From Oikopleura dioica (Eukaryota; Animalia; Chordata): a stretch of 64,000 nt of DNA. Positions 24,507 through 37,538 of the stretch are shown here, one piece after another (position 1 is the first letter of the stretch; the number at the start of each line of letters is the position of its first letter). The stretch lies in contig OU015568.1 of the NCBI GenBank assembly GCA_907165135.1, positions 10,788,001 through 10,852,000 on the forward strand, written 5' to 3'. Under the pieces are notes generated by a model. The model had not been told where the DNA came from. It saw nothing but the letters and a program-made list of their open reading frames with translations, and searched no databases. The position numbers and the translations under genes are program-made.

Positions 24507-26164
24507 CCAAAAGAGCTCTCGAAATGCGAGCATAAATTTCACAGAGAACATCCGCAGGTACCTCCGCCTGATTTTTAACAATTTCCGGAAACAGCAAAGT
24601 ATTTTTCAAAACTGATAACAAAAAATCAGATATTTTGTTGCATCCACCTCAAAGATGAGAATCAGGTTGAGTACCTGACCTGGAAACACGCGGCTCAAGA
24701 ATATTTTACTTTCGCTACAGCTGGATAAGCTGACCTAGAATGAAAGTTTTATAAATAAGAAAACATTTCCTTCGCGCTGGAAAGGACAATCAAATTGGTG
24801 CGCATCCAATTAATGCATCCGTTGCAAAATACTTCGTACTGTGCAAGGGCAGATGGAGGAAACACAAAACCTTCTCCAAAGTTGATACTTTCGTCGATCG
24901 TAAATCGATCACGGAAATCGCGTCTTTGCCTCGAAAATCAATTGCAAGACGAGAGCTGAGTCCTCATCCTTTCGGACAGATGTTTCTTACGGGCTTCTTG
25001 GAGTACTTAGCCCACTTTTGTTGGACTGCGAATTTGCGCTGTTTGAATATCGCGCAATTGCCGCCTTATCGACATCTGGGAAGTTGATGGAAATAAAGGG
25101 CTGAAAACAATGGCGGAAACGAGGCCTCAGCGAAATTTTACGAGCTTTTTGATAGTTTGAAATCAAAGAACTTTCCAATTTACTGCTCTCAGATGATAAT
25201 CACTTTCGAATTCTATTGTTCCCTTGAAATTGCTTTCCTCGAATGAAGATATGAAGGTAATTATCAACTGGTTTGTACTTTTGAAAAATTGATGGAACTC
25301 GTCTTTGAAGAGGCAATCACGTGCATAACCATGCTGCCACAGCAAGCTTTATTTTTGTTGATTTTGGGAAGTTAAAAGGGCTTATTTGTGTTCAACACAG
25401 AACAGATGGAACCCTCTATCTCTGTCTAAATTTTAAAATCTTACATTGGATGGTGAATTGATAGTTTCGTGTAAATAAAAGACTGCTTTGGGACGATTGT
25501 TTTGAAGATGCTACCGTCATACTGCTACCGTCTTACAACAACTTACGAATAATAAAATTGTTCAATTAGAGTAGGCTTATTTTTCAGGTGGCTCTTACTA
25601 GAGGTTACTACAGACAGGGATAGTTTAAGTATTATTGCCACGTAATACTTGGAAATTGATCGACATTTTGACATCGCGCACGTTAATTAGGATCAAAATA
25701 AGTGTCAAGGTCGGTAATCCCCTTTTCGGACGAGGTACCTCCGCCCAGGGCCAAGGTTCATTGACTTTTGTGCGAGCTGCGCGCGTTTAAAATTGCGCAC
25801 TTTGACGCGCACCTTGTCCAATCGGCTTCCGTAAAGGGGTCTCTTCCCGAGCGCCCTCACCCCTGCCCGCGTTGATCTGCGCGCAAAATATTTCCCTACA
25901 TCCAGTCGAGAAACAATTTATAACCAGCCACGCGACAGAGAATTACCTACTCTTTCCTTCCTTCAACGCTTCTAACAGGTATTCTAGATTGCTTTGGTTA
26001 TTATTTTTGCAACTGAAAAACATCTTTAGTTCTCTAAAGTCCCTTTTTTCGGAACATTCATTTATCCATTTTTACCCCCATTTAGTCCCCCATTCACCCT
26101 CTGTAACAACGAATGTACTAAAACCTCGAACAAGCAAGAAAATCGAAGAGATAGACGAAAAAGA

Positions 26165-27801
26165 ATGATCACGCTGACCCCTGTGGCTAAACGGCTGCAG
26201 CTCTCAAACGTCTCGGACACCTCAACCGACGATGTTTTCGATGCGATGGACGTTGATAGTGAGTAAATTTCACCTGCGGGAAAAGGTCGCTTTTCGAAAA
26301 CAACAGTTTTTAATAAAAACTTTTATATCAAAAAGCTCATTCAATAAGGATTATAAAAAGTTGACTTCTTTGTCTTCTTGATGACGCGTGATTCAAAATT
26401 TCATTAAAATTTACTCCTTTCTTTAGGCCCAGCTGGAGCGCGAAGCCGTTCCCCATCGTCCCCCTTCATGTCCCCACTGGCACTGCGTTCTGCGGAGAAC
26501 TCGAACACTGAGCCCATAGAGCCGCCCGCTGGTAGTTCGCCAACAGTCGGCCTGAAACGCCACGGCTTCCTCGTCATCAGAAAACGACGGTCGACGTTTA
26601 ACGATCGTTTGGCGATTCGGAAGAAGCGGACGTCGAGTCCTCTGCGCCCGTTAAATCGCCCTACTACGCCCGATGATTACATCCTGAAAGAGGTGAAACT
26701 CGTGTCTTCTAATTTACGATGCTAACGGAAATCAAAAGGATAATTTGTGTTCTACTGATGATGCAGGAATGGACTCGCTAATGTCAGCGCCGATCATAAA
26801 AAGACCGACTGGAAGAAACATTCTTCGAAGAAAAAGTGCCCTTCCCTTGGACAATACGTCCAGCTCGCCGATATCTGTACGCCCACAGTAAGTGACTTTC
26901 TTGACGGCGATAAATCATCTATATTTTCTCAGACGAACGATGAGCCTTTGTTCTCCGGCCTTCCGTGAAATCAGAATGCGGACAAATTCGCTTGGCGAGC
27001 ACCAAATTCCCACAGGTAAATTGATCATTTTCATGGCGAATCGGGACACGTTCCATTTTCAGCATCAGCAGAAGCACTCAATCCACTGATGGATAACCAA
27101 AACATGCCAGGCGATCAACTTGCCTTGCCGCTTACGACCGTTGGGAAACACTCCGACCTCCGCTACATTTCTACCGAGACAATGGCAAACCTGTTAGATG
27201 AAAAATTTTCTATAGGTATGGGTAGCTGGGAAAACCCTTTCGACACGTTTATTAACCTTTCAGACTACGAGGTGATCGACGCACGCTATCCATACGAGTT
27301 CAATGGCGGCCACATCAAAGGCGCCAGAAATTTGTTCACAAAAGATATGGTCAGTCAGTCTTCCTTGATTTCAACTCATATTCCCATCTAGATTAATGAA
27401 GCCTTTTTCGGCGAAAACACGCCTCCAGTGGAAGAAGGCTCAAAAAAGAAAATCTTAGTTTTCCACTGCGAGTTTAGCTCTGAGCGAGCACCGTCAATGA
27501 TGAAGCACCTGCGAAAACGCGATCGAGCCAAAAACCGATATCCAAAATTGGACTACCCGGAGATTTATGTCCTCAAGGGGGTTATAAGGTAATATTTCCA
27601 ATATGACTTTATCGATTGAAGTTTCTTTAGGCATTTTACTTCTGTAAGAAAATAACAAACAAGGAGCAGTATTTGGAGCCAAATAAATACACGCCTATGC
27701 TAGACAAGGAATACGCAGATGATCTCAAACATTTCAGAAGAAAATGCAAAACTGCTCCCGTTGGCGACGGCTTCGGTGGGCGCCAGATCAAGTTCAGCTG
27801 A
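26165..27801 (+). CDS. CDC25: CDC25 (string) dual-specificity phosphatase
   Basis: [34 protein letters not shown], active site [16 protein letters not shown]...[16 protein letters not shown] (one G missing in a G-run near 27580) and YTPMLDKEY. Confidence 0.93.
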
Positions 27802-27999
27802 AACAGATTGTACAATTTTGAACGAGAAAACTCGCTCCTTCTGTACAGGCTATATATTCGAAGTTTTTACTCGTTGTCACCAACTTTTAAAAGAAAATAA
27901 AGTTGTGTAATGTTGCACAAACTTAAATCAACGTTCATTTTTATACAGAATGAGGTTTTGCTTTATTTACACGAGGTTTTAAATTGGAAATGTCCAACT

Positions 28000-29776
28000 T
28001 TACTTGTGCTTCTTCAAATGAATCTTCAGGTCTTTGTTACACTGGCGAATGAATTTGCAGATTTCCGCTGCTAAACTTAAATTGCCGGATTTCTTCGATG
28101 AGCTTGTCGATTGATACAAATTTTCTGATACTTTTTCGAATTCGTGCTTTTTGATGATTTATAACTGCTCACGTTTGGAAAGTTTTCTGAGTTTCAAAAC
28201 CATTCCTTTATCTTCGCGAATCCAATCTCCAACTTGAGCAAATACTGCCACTTCTCTCTATCTTTCTTGTTCTTGATATACACCTGCATTAGCGCACAGC
28301 TTTTAAGTCCGTCCTGCTTTTCATAAATTCTAAAGAGACCATTTTCGCAAGAGAACGTCGTCCGTGCTAGGTCGAAGCGATTTTTGAGCTTGAGCCCGCC
28401 ATCACCCGTCCTAGCGCAGAAAACGAGCTGGTTGTCGAAAAGGTAAAGCATGACGGATTCTCGTACTGCTGATTGATACAAAATGCCTTCTGAGTAAAAT
28501 ACCAGTTCTGACGAAGTGTGCTTGAGAGAAGGGCCTGTCCATTGGTGGACCTAAGATTGGGCTCATTTTCATAGAAAAAGTTGGTCGAACCTTATTTTGC
28601 CAAGTATCGATTTCAAGGAAGACTTCGTTTGATTTCTTCTCTTCGTTGATTTCATCAAGTAGTCCCTTGAATCTTGCGGCCAAATTGGCCACTGTCGCTT
28701 TTGTCGAGTCATCCTCGCATATTTTAGCTAAAGCCTCTATTTGCAGAGGATACTTACAGATTCGCTGCACTGGACACAATAAGTAACTGTAGTTATAGCT
28801 CATAGAATGTCAGTTTAATTTGGCAAAAAAGCTTCAAGTAATCATAAAATTGTCACTTTGTGAGCTCTTTACTTGACAGGGGCAGATGCACCATCGTCTT
28901 GTCCTTTGATCTGCACTTGTTGAGGACTTCAGCGTGGATCGGGCTACTGGCGTAGAGCTTTTGCAAATATTTTGCACTCTCGTCAAATTTTGTGCAATAT
29001 GCTTTGTACAGGTAGAAGTGTTTAAAATAGGATTGGAAAAGGTTGACCAGCTCGTGTACCGAGCACTGGACAGATGCAGTCACCATGCGCCGTAATTTCC
29101 GGTGAAAGATCAAGTGAAATTCATACAAAGATTTTATGTTACCAAAGATTTTCGTCACTTGTTCATTAGTGAACAACTTGCTCCCAATCACTGCGGTCAT
29201 GTACTGATCGCAAACGTGGGAGAGCGATGAAACGTATTCCGTCTCATTTGCAAGCAACTCGTCGATAATTTTAATTTTTTACGCTGGAATCTGCTGTCGT
29301 AGGGATTTGCCGTTTGAGCACTCTGTGTTTTGACCGCTTTGTACAAATCCAAAGGGTGGCTCGATTCTTCTACTACTGAAACAAATGTTGCAGAAAATTT
29401 TCAAAGGCAGGTTTTCTTACCGCGAACAAATGCAGTACTAAACCAGCCTTCTCGGTTGTTACATTCTCCCCACCACCAATCATGGTCGGCGGAATCGATC
29501 ACTCTTACCATATCTTTCGAGGTTTTGCAAAGAAAAATTTGATAAAAAAGCTAAAAAAGACAAAATCGATTGTTATTGCAAAGCCATTCCTCCAACATTT
29601 AGCGCTAGCTCATCAGAATTGATGGCATCGTGGCGGTAAATGCATCTGCAGTAAAGCTACTTTGAGTTTCACTAATTCATCCAGTTCTCATGCAAAAAGC
29701 GAGACTTCTGTAATTATGGAACCCGTTCCTTCACATCAGAGTGATCTGATGCATAGTCAGAATCCGAGTCGGCCAT
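28000..29776 (-). CDS. ARHGEF9: SH3-DH-PH RhoGEF, collybistin/ASEF family (additional upstream exons likely at about 30120-30400)
   Basis: SH3 HDAINSDELALNVG|DMVRVIDSADHDWWWGECNNREGWFSTAFVR, DH IIDELLANETEYVSSL...IFGNIKSLYEFH...YLLCPVQRICKYPLQ, PH VMLYLFDNQLVFC. Intron 29514-29589 is GA-AG. An exon ending at about 30120 splices in frame to the ATG exon. Confidence 0.85.
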
Positions 29777-31391
29777 TTTCTCTCTTGGTAAAAAAGGGAT
29801 TTTAGTAATGACATTTTGTTTGCGAAATGAAAATAAATATGATACTTATGATGCTGTTTAGAGCGTTTGTTTATCTCTTATCGTTTTACACACGTGTTTC
29901 AAACAAGGTTGATAGAAACAAGATAGAGATAAACGGTTTATCATAAACCTTTTATGTTGAAACAAACATTTTAGATATATCAAATGATGTCAAAAAGAAT
30001 CAACTTTTAATTTAATAAACCATCAAAAACGTATCATTGACCTAGAATAGTCTTGACTCAAGACTCTTGAGTATACCTTCGATTTTCTCTACATTTCTCT
30101 TTTTATATAAAATGCTTACTTAGTAAATCTGCAATCCAGCGCTTCGTCTACTTCACCAGCTGTTCTGAGTGTGAGCTCGTCTGTAGAATCCGCAGAGCGC
30201 GTATCGGTAAATCGGACAGCGCCGCCGTGCGCGATTCACGGGTGGTGTTTCCACCGCCACCTGCTTCATCACCTTAATTCCGTGGCGGAGGAGCAAGCCG
30301 CCACCCGCAAAGAATCACCGCGCGATGACGGACCGTTGTAAACCGTCTTTGCATCGAATCTACTGTTATCAAATTGAAGATATAATCAGATTTGAATAGA
30401 AATCGAGTTTTTTGGTTTACCTGGGATCAGGGCGAACGAGGCCGAGTCAGAATCCTGTCAAATGGGTAGATTCAATTAAAATTAAGTAACGACTAGAACG
30501 CTTAGAATGGCGCGAGACTAGTTCAATTGTAACGGTGGCGTGAAAACGCATGTCACAATTCATATCTTAGAATAAAAGACTCTGAGTCAAGTTTTTAGAT
30601 GTCGGATTCGATGATTTTTGATAAAAAGGATGAATAAAATGCAAAACTCAAGTCAAAATAATTCAATAGATTGTTCATTTTTGCCGAAAACAACGTAAAA
30701 ATTTTATATCTAACATTCTTTATAAACGGCCTTTAAGTTTCCTTCCATGTGTTTGATTACTTACTTCTATGTAAAATCTAATTTTAACTAAATTATCGAT
30801 GTTAATAGCTCCCCATTGTTGGCAGAGTAACTAACCTTCGGTTTTTCTAATGCAGTATTCGCTGAATAGTGATCTTTCAATTAGTTCGAATTGAACGGCT
30901 TACTCGTTTACGGCCTCATTAGCGGCCAGCTCAACTTAACGAACTTGATTAACCAAATTAAGACAATGTCGGTTAGCTCTCATTATCAACTTGCACAAGT
31001 TGTCTGCTTAGGATTTCGTAGACTCAAAGGTTATATAAGACGATCAATTTAATTTTCATTAGTGGATATTTAGGTATATTTTTGGCGCTGTAAATGAGGC
31101 ACACGAGTATCAGACTTTCATTAGTGGCTTTTTAAAAAGTTTAAATTGATCAAGTGCTCACACGGTTGAGCCTCGATAGAAAAATTCTTGTTACCGCATA
31201 GTTTCAACTTATTAAAAACTCCATAAGCGCCGGTAATTTCAATTTCTTCCTAGAAGACAAATTGATAGTTTATATTTTGCGGTTTTGCCGTATGACTTCG
31301 TTACTTTGTATCATCCTCAAATTGAATCTTGGTTGGACGGGGCGGCTTACCTTTTATAATAAAGCGGAAACACTCGTGTTAGACCCGAGAG

Positions 31392-33442
31392 ATGAAATTT
31401 TGGACATGTGTGTCCCTGCTGATAGGGCTTGCCATTGCAGAACAGCAGCAATATGTAGAATTTACCATAACAGAAGGTATGATGAGATTATTGCTTCCTT
31501 ATTTATTGATAGACATCGAGATCTACAAAAACACAGTAGGAAAATTGCCTCAAGACTCGACTACAAGTATCTATTTCAAAATCAAATAAAGGACTTGAAA
31601 AATAAATGCTTGAAATAACTAATCAGAGCTTTTCGAGACCTCAATATAAGCAAAACACCTTGAAATCACGGTCAAAAGAGAGCATGGTTTTGCGTTGTCC
31701 ATTCTTCTCGAAAGATACAACATCTCATACACCTACAAAATCACGATGGTAAAGCCAACTATGGATAGCCAACGAACTTGGACCTGCCATTCTAACCGGA
31801 CTGACCTGAGTCTGGAAAAATACAACTGCTACGATAATTTCAAACTCATTATGGAGGAGATTGACAGGAGAGATGAAGAAGCGCTCAAGATTATTGGTTT
31901 TACGTATCTTGGAGAACCTATTCACGCTGTCGAGTTTATAAAGAACGATTTGCCATTGATTTATATTCAGTGCGGAATTTACGGAAGTGACTGGATCTCC
32001 ACAGCGGTAAGAGTTCGTAGTTACAGTATCAGACGAATAATCTGCGCAATTTCCGAGTACCACGCTCCAACAGGCTCTTAGTTTTGTCTTCGTCTGATCG
32101 AGGACCTTCTCACGGTTCGCTCTGACTGGCGCTCGGTCGCTTCCTGGTCCATTGTGCCTCTGCTAAATGCCGATGGATACTTGAAAACCACACCCGATCA
32201 TGAGGAGTCAGACCGATTTTGGAGGAGAAACATGAAACAGTCACGGTACAATAGCAACTGCACGGGCATCGATCTCAATACAAATTATGAACGGCTACAT
32301 CAATGGCGAGAATAAATATGTAAAGCGCGAAATGAGATTTTTATACAAAGCGAATCTCTTTTACAAGACTCAGAAGGACAGTTTTGTTACGTCCGTATAT
32401 ATTTCCTAAAATATGTTAAAACCAAATTTTCGCTCTGAAGAATTTAAAATGGGAAATTTGGGAAACAATAAAATATTCATCGTTTTAAAGATTTATTTAA
32501 CATAGAGTAGCAATGAATAGGCGGACAATTCGACCTTCACGGGAACTGATGATTGCCCAAGTTACGCTCGACGAGGTTTCAGCGAGGCCGAGACAGCTGC
32601 CGAGCGTAACTACCTCCAACAGCTCGGACAAAAGAACACATTCATAAGCTATCAATCTTTTGGCAACGCAATTACTTTTCCATCGCTTGTCAAGGATTTG
32701 AACTGCTCAAACAGAAAGAAGAAAAATAAATGCACCGAAAGAAAGCGGTTAAATGTCAATAAAAATGCTTCTAAAACACATAAAAAATCGTTATTAGTGA
32801 GGAAGATGCGGAATTTCGGAAAACAACTATGAAGGTTATTTCTGGGTAAGAATAAATTTATCATAAATAAACTAGCTTTTATCAGTTTAATGGCTCACGG
32901 GGTAAATAGCTCTGTTTTCAACGTCAGTTACGGCCCTGTCGATGTCCTTGCCAACCCTGGATCTGCAGGTACATCACACTTCGTTTTGTTTTTGATACAA
33001 AAGCTGATACTGTTGTCAGTGATAACGTCACATAAGTTAAAATTTAGACGTTTGGGCGCTCAAACACGGCGGCTTCGACCAAGCTTTCACAATCAAGCTG
33101 CCAGACGACGGCGAATACGGTTATTTGCTCCCTGCCAATATGATCAAGCCTACTGCCGATGAATATGTCGCATCGTTAGGTACGATGCGGGGATTGACAA
33201 ATAAAACAAGGGTTGTAAATTGCGCAAATAACGGTGGTTTTCAAGGCAAACTGGTGCAGTTTCTCAACAAAACGATTGTCCTAAGAACGACGACGATTTT
33301 TTACGAATCTGAATGCAGAAAATTTTGCGAGCTTCCGGATCAATACGATAAGTGCGTTGGAACAAGAAATTTTACTGTATGTTCCGCTTTAACCAATTTT
33401 ATTTCACAGATTTTAGTGGCTGTTCTTTTTCTCATTTCCTAG
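31392..33442 (+). CDS. M14 carboxypeptidase-fold protein lacking zinc ligands and catalytic Glu (pseudo-enzyme), hydrophobic C-terminus
   Basis: Signal peptide and pro-domain, then IIGFTYLGEPI, YIQCGIYGSDWISTA, IVPLLNADGY, WRRN, GIDLNTNY, FSEAET, FISYQSFGN and AFTIKLPDDGEYGYLLPANMIKPTADE. Several 1-nt slips in homopolymers. Confidence 0.75.
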
Positions 33443-33837
33443 TTTTCTTTTGTCAGTGTTTTTATAGAATTTTATACCAATAAAAAGAGTTAATTCCTAT
33501 CAATTCTAAATGAGTCTCATTTCAATACTAATTGAGGGTCCTCGGCAGAACATCTCGTTCTGCTGAGAAAAAACCTCCTGGGAGCGCTCCAGCCGTTGAG
33601 GCCTGCCCCTTGACTAATGATCGGACGTGTTCATCTAAGAGCTGGGAGACGGTCAGAAGCCAACCACAAGGGTCGTCAGTTTGGCTCTTTATGTTACATT
33701 GCGGCCAATTGTGAATAAATTAAGTGGTCGGCGGGAGTAATTTATCAACCCGGTAGATTTTCCTTTATTTTTTTTATTTTGAATATTTGGTAGTGCTTCA
33801 GTTTTTAATGTACAGGTGAAAATAGAATTAAGATTTT

Positions 33838-35433
33838 CTACCAGCCAGGTTCGGATTTTTCCGGAGCGCCCCAATTCGATCCGCCAGCCATCGGAGCCTT
33901 TTCCATTGAATCCCTCGAGTTGAGAAGTGGTGTATTCGCATGCGCAAGGCTCGGTGCACTTTGGTGGTACGAGGGTGGAGGAGAATAGACGTTGCTCAAC
34001 GAGCGAGGAGCTGGCTGAGGAGGTGTTTGGACGTATGAAGCTTGGCGAGAAGGAAGGGGAGTGAGAGCTTCGCTATCTTTGGCGACTTTGAGTTGATTCG
34101 CTCCAAAGCAGTTGATGTTGTTGCACATAACACAGTTGCCAGCTTTGTAGCAGACTATAACGATGATTTTAAATGATGCTCAAATTTACGACCGAATTTG
34201 TATTTTTTAATAAAGCAGCAGCTTATGGCCGCGTACTTGAAATCGAGAGGGCATTTGGCAAGCAGAATTACTGTTGCTAAGTGTGGCAGAAAAGTCAAAC
34301 AATGTTATGTGTACTTACTGCAAGCTATGATAGTGACGCAGATCAGGAGAACTACAAGTGCTGAGATCCCCATGATCGTATTTCCAGACGTCCCTCGTGC
34401 TTTTGTCCGTTTAGGGGAGTCGTCATCGGTTTCTGAGTCCTCGCTCGGGTCTTCTTCCGGTTCAAAGTCATCGGGAAAGTCGATATGAGGAGGCGTGAAT
34501 CCTAAAATGCACATTTTCATATTTGTACTTCTTTTTTTGCGGTGCGAGAATTGACACCTGCTTCATTTTCCAGCCAAGTTTGCCGAATTTTGAAAATTTG
34601 TGAAATTTCTCACCTGTGTGTCGGTCTGGCGTTGGTTCACTGTAGCGGGATGATGGGCCAGGCCGCCCGTAAGCGGAAAATGCGTGATTTTCTGGAAGCA
34701 CAATTTGCTGGATCTTCGAGCAATCTGTTGGGACGGTTTTTGGGTCGATTCCGACGTTGTTCTGGGAAAAGAGCTGGCGGTACTTTTTCAAGTGCTCGCG
34801 GGGATCGTAGCCAGTACCGTACATGCACCAGCGACTGAAAGGTTTTATGAAATTGAGAAAATGCCAACTGGACGTAATTATGCCATAAAATAGTCACACT
34901 CGTCCCAAAACTTAATTGCGTCAAGAATGATTAACCAATTTAGGAATTATCAACTCTGCCAAGGTTGCTAGTAGAAACCAAGCTCTATAAATCTTAACTG
35001 TAGCTGACGGGTCAAGTACCATTGTATAGAGTACCGCGGCGATAACGTTATTGTGATAAAACACAAATAATTTATCGCCGAAAAAACTGCCAACAAGCTT
35101 CCTTCCTTGTCAGCGAAGTTATTTAAATCTGTCAGAAAAGGACTATTTGTCTCAATAATACCAGTCAAGCTTGGTTTCCCCGAGAAGAGGCCACTGAATT
35201 AATTCTATTTGCTCGATCTATTTTGGTTATTTATGTTCTTCAAATAGATGGAAATAAATGGGGCGAGGAAGGGTTGACTTCGAGCCTTGGACTTACTTGA
35301 GATCATTTTCCAATTTGTCGATCTTCGGTTTGTAGGGGTTCAACTGGTCGGGAATTTGAGGCTGTCCCCAGTTTGAAATACTGTCGAAAAATCCTCCTGC
35401 TTGGACGACGCTAAGAAGAAATAAACCTCGCAT
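33838..35433 (-). CDS. Orphan type I membrane protein
   Basis: Signal-like MRGLFLLSVVQAGG, several spliced exons, acidic stalk DDFEPEEDPSEDSETDDD, TM IMGISALVVLLICVTIIAC and cytoplasmic tail containing PPPSY. Confidence 0.55.
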
Positions 35434-36908
35434 TTTCGATGTGTCTCTAGGTTTTTGTGGTTCTTCTTTCAAGCTCTCTCTCTTTGTGATTTTCTCTATC
35501 TAAGTCGGTCGCTCTCTTCGCTACAGCTGAAGTCTTCCGGCCAAATATCACCTCGATCCGGTCCCTTTTGTGCGCTTTTCGGGCAAGTCTTCCGTGAAGT
35601 AACTTTTTCTTTTTCGATTATTAACGCCTTTGTTTGTCGATTTTCTGTGCGTAAATCAGTCTTCTTTCAAATTTTCTCTGGCTCGTTATGTGATTTGGAC
35701 GGCGCCTTAGCTCTTCTGCTATCGCCGCCTGGGAAAAAAAGTACTCCGATCGTAAAATATAACAACGGTGGTTATTTGATGTTTCCTTGGTCTTCGATCT
35801 TCCTTTTCTACTCTCCAATTCTTCTTCGTTGATTTGCGCTTTTCTGATTTGGCTCTATGAAAAGAAAATTAAAAAGGGCGAATTAGAAACGCGTTCGCTT
35901 TTGGGTAAACTGAGAGGCTTGGGCACGCGAGCGACTCAAGCGCCACCGGACTGTGTATTTGTGCGGAAGGCAAGAAAAAAATCGAGCGCGAGTAGTATAA
36001 GGGATAACACGGGTCTAAAGTTCTCTGCTTGACGCTGATTGGCTGCGCTCCTTGTTCATTAAATATTCTAGCTTTGCGCTGACTTCAGATTTAAAATGCT
36101 CTCATATTAATCATCGTTCTTCAGATATTTGTCTCCAGTAAATAAAATAAAGAAAAAAACTGTTTTGTAGTTTTGTGTACTTTATAAAATTTACATCTGA
36201 CATATTTTTTCAAAAAGATACACCAAAGCTGATTTATTAAATATTCATAAACGCCAGAATCGAAAATTGGTCACGTGATGGCAATCAAGTAGTTTTAGTT
36301 TTTTGTTTCTATGGTAGTTTATGTTATATAATGACCGAACTTTTTATTACTATACGTGCTAAGTTATTGATTCATTTTATCTCTGCAAGAAAAGAAGAAT
36401 TCAAAAAAAATTCTTGTTTCATTTGAGCAATTTGGCTCTGTGTTGAGACGAGTGTGTATTGATCAGTTCGCATTCGAGTTATGGTTTCTACTTTTTCGCA
36501 CCAAAATCGGTTCGTAGACTACATAAATAAAAAAGATTCTGTTTCATTATGGCATAGGTAAGTTTTCCATATTTTGTAGCTATTATTAAATTTTCATTTG
36601 CGTTATGGTTTTTAGTCCCTGGTAATATCATTCATCAAGCGATCGAGTGTTTTGCCTCATTTTTACAAATTTTTATTCAAAATCATCAAGTAGTTTCTCT
36701 CAAATAAAAATAAGCGTTATGGTGTTTACGTTGGAGTTGTTTTTTTCAGCTTTTGAAAATTCCAGTAAATTTTAGATCTTTACTTTTTGATATTTGCATC
36801 ATTTTAATAGAAACGTGACATGTTTATTTCGTTTCTTAAATTTTCATGCAGAAAAAAAGCAGCAAATTTCAAGTTGTTTTTATATTTATGGGATTTCAAA
36901 ACAGGAGT

Positions 36909-36982
36909 CATTACCCTGATGCGGTGCAGGGGTAATGTGTTACGCCGCAGAGCTAGAGGTCTAGCGTTCGAATCTCGGACCA
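36909..36982 (+). other. Degenerate tRNA-like / SINE-head sequence
   Basis: A-box-like CGGTGCAGGGGTAA (36922-36935) and B-box-like GTTCGAATCT (36966-36975) preceded by GAGGTC. The T-stem does not pair, so this is not a functional tRNA. Confidence 0.3.
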
Positions 36983-37538
36983 AAGCTAGACTGAAAAACG
37001 AGATACACGCTAACATCGACTGTAAGATAACTCAAAAGAGTTGATCATGTGGTCACAACAAACCAATTTTGAATATTGCGCCACTCTGATTGGCGCAGCT
37101 GTTTTTCCTCTTTGCTATTTTTCCTTTTTGCTTTACTTTTCTGTTTCTGCTATTGAGATATTTCTTTTTACAGAGAAAGCAAACTTGTTCTTTTTAGACT
37201 GATTGAAATGGGTCTCTGCTTTTCCACTGCCGAGTCGACAACTGGAACTCGAGACTGTATTGTCAGTCGAGTGAGCAGCAAGTGGACTTTGTCATCCTTG
37301 CAAATTGAAGACTCCGCTTCAAAATATGGCTCCAAGTTTCTTGAAATCTGTGACGAGCGATAAACTCTTGCTTGTGTCTCTTGCAAAATAAAGAGTCCAA
37401 AAATTTGAACCAAACATTGATTTTATTGCAATTTTTATAAGCAAGGAAAGTGATTATAGAGTAAAAGGTTGATCATGCAAAGTTTTCATTATTTTGAAGA
37501 ATTGCAGGTGGCGGCATTTTTTGTATCTTTACCCGGAT

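Noticed and set aside
24780-25380. Minus-strand protein-like fragments
   Set aside because: Multiple stops and no family recognised; support is too weak to call a pseudogene.
25770-25875. E2F/CHR-type cell-cycle promoter elements upstream of CDC25
   Set aside because: GCGCG and TTTAAA-like words are present but short and imperfect, so they cannot be distinguished from chance without data.
36280-36700. AGTAGT-like Maverick terminus candidates (AAGTAGTT at about 36287 and 36688)
   Set aside because: No partner TIR or TSD can be tested because the right end is outside the window, and the motif is common in AT-rich DNA.
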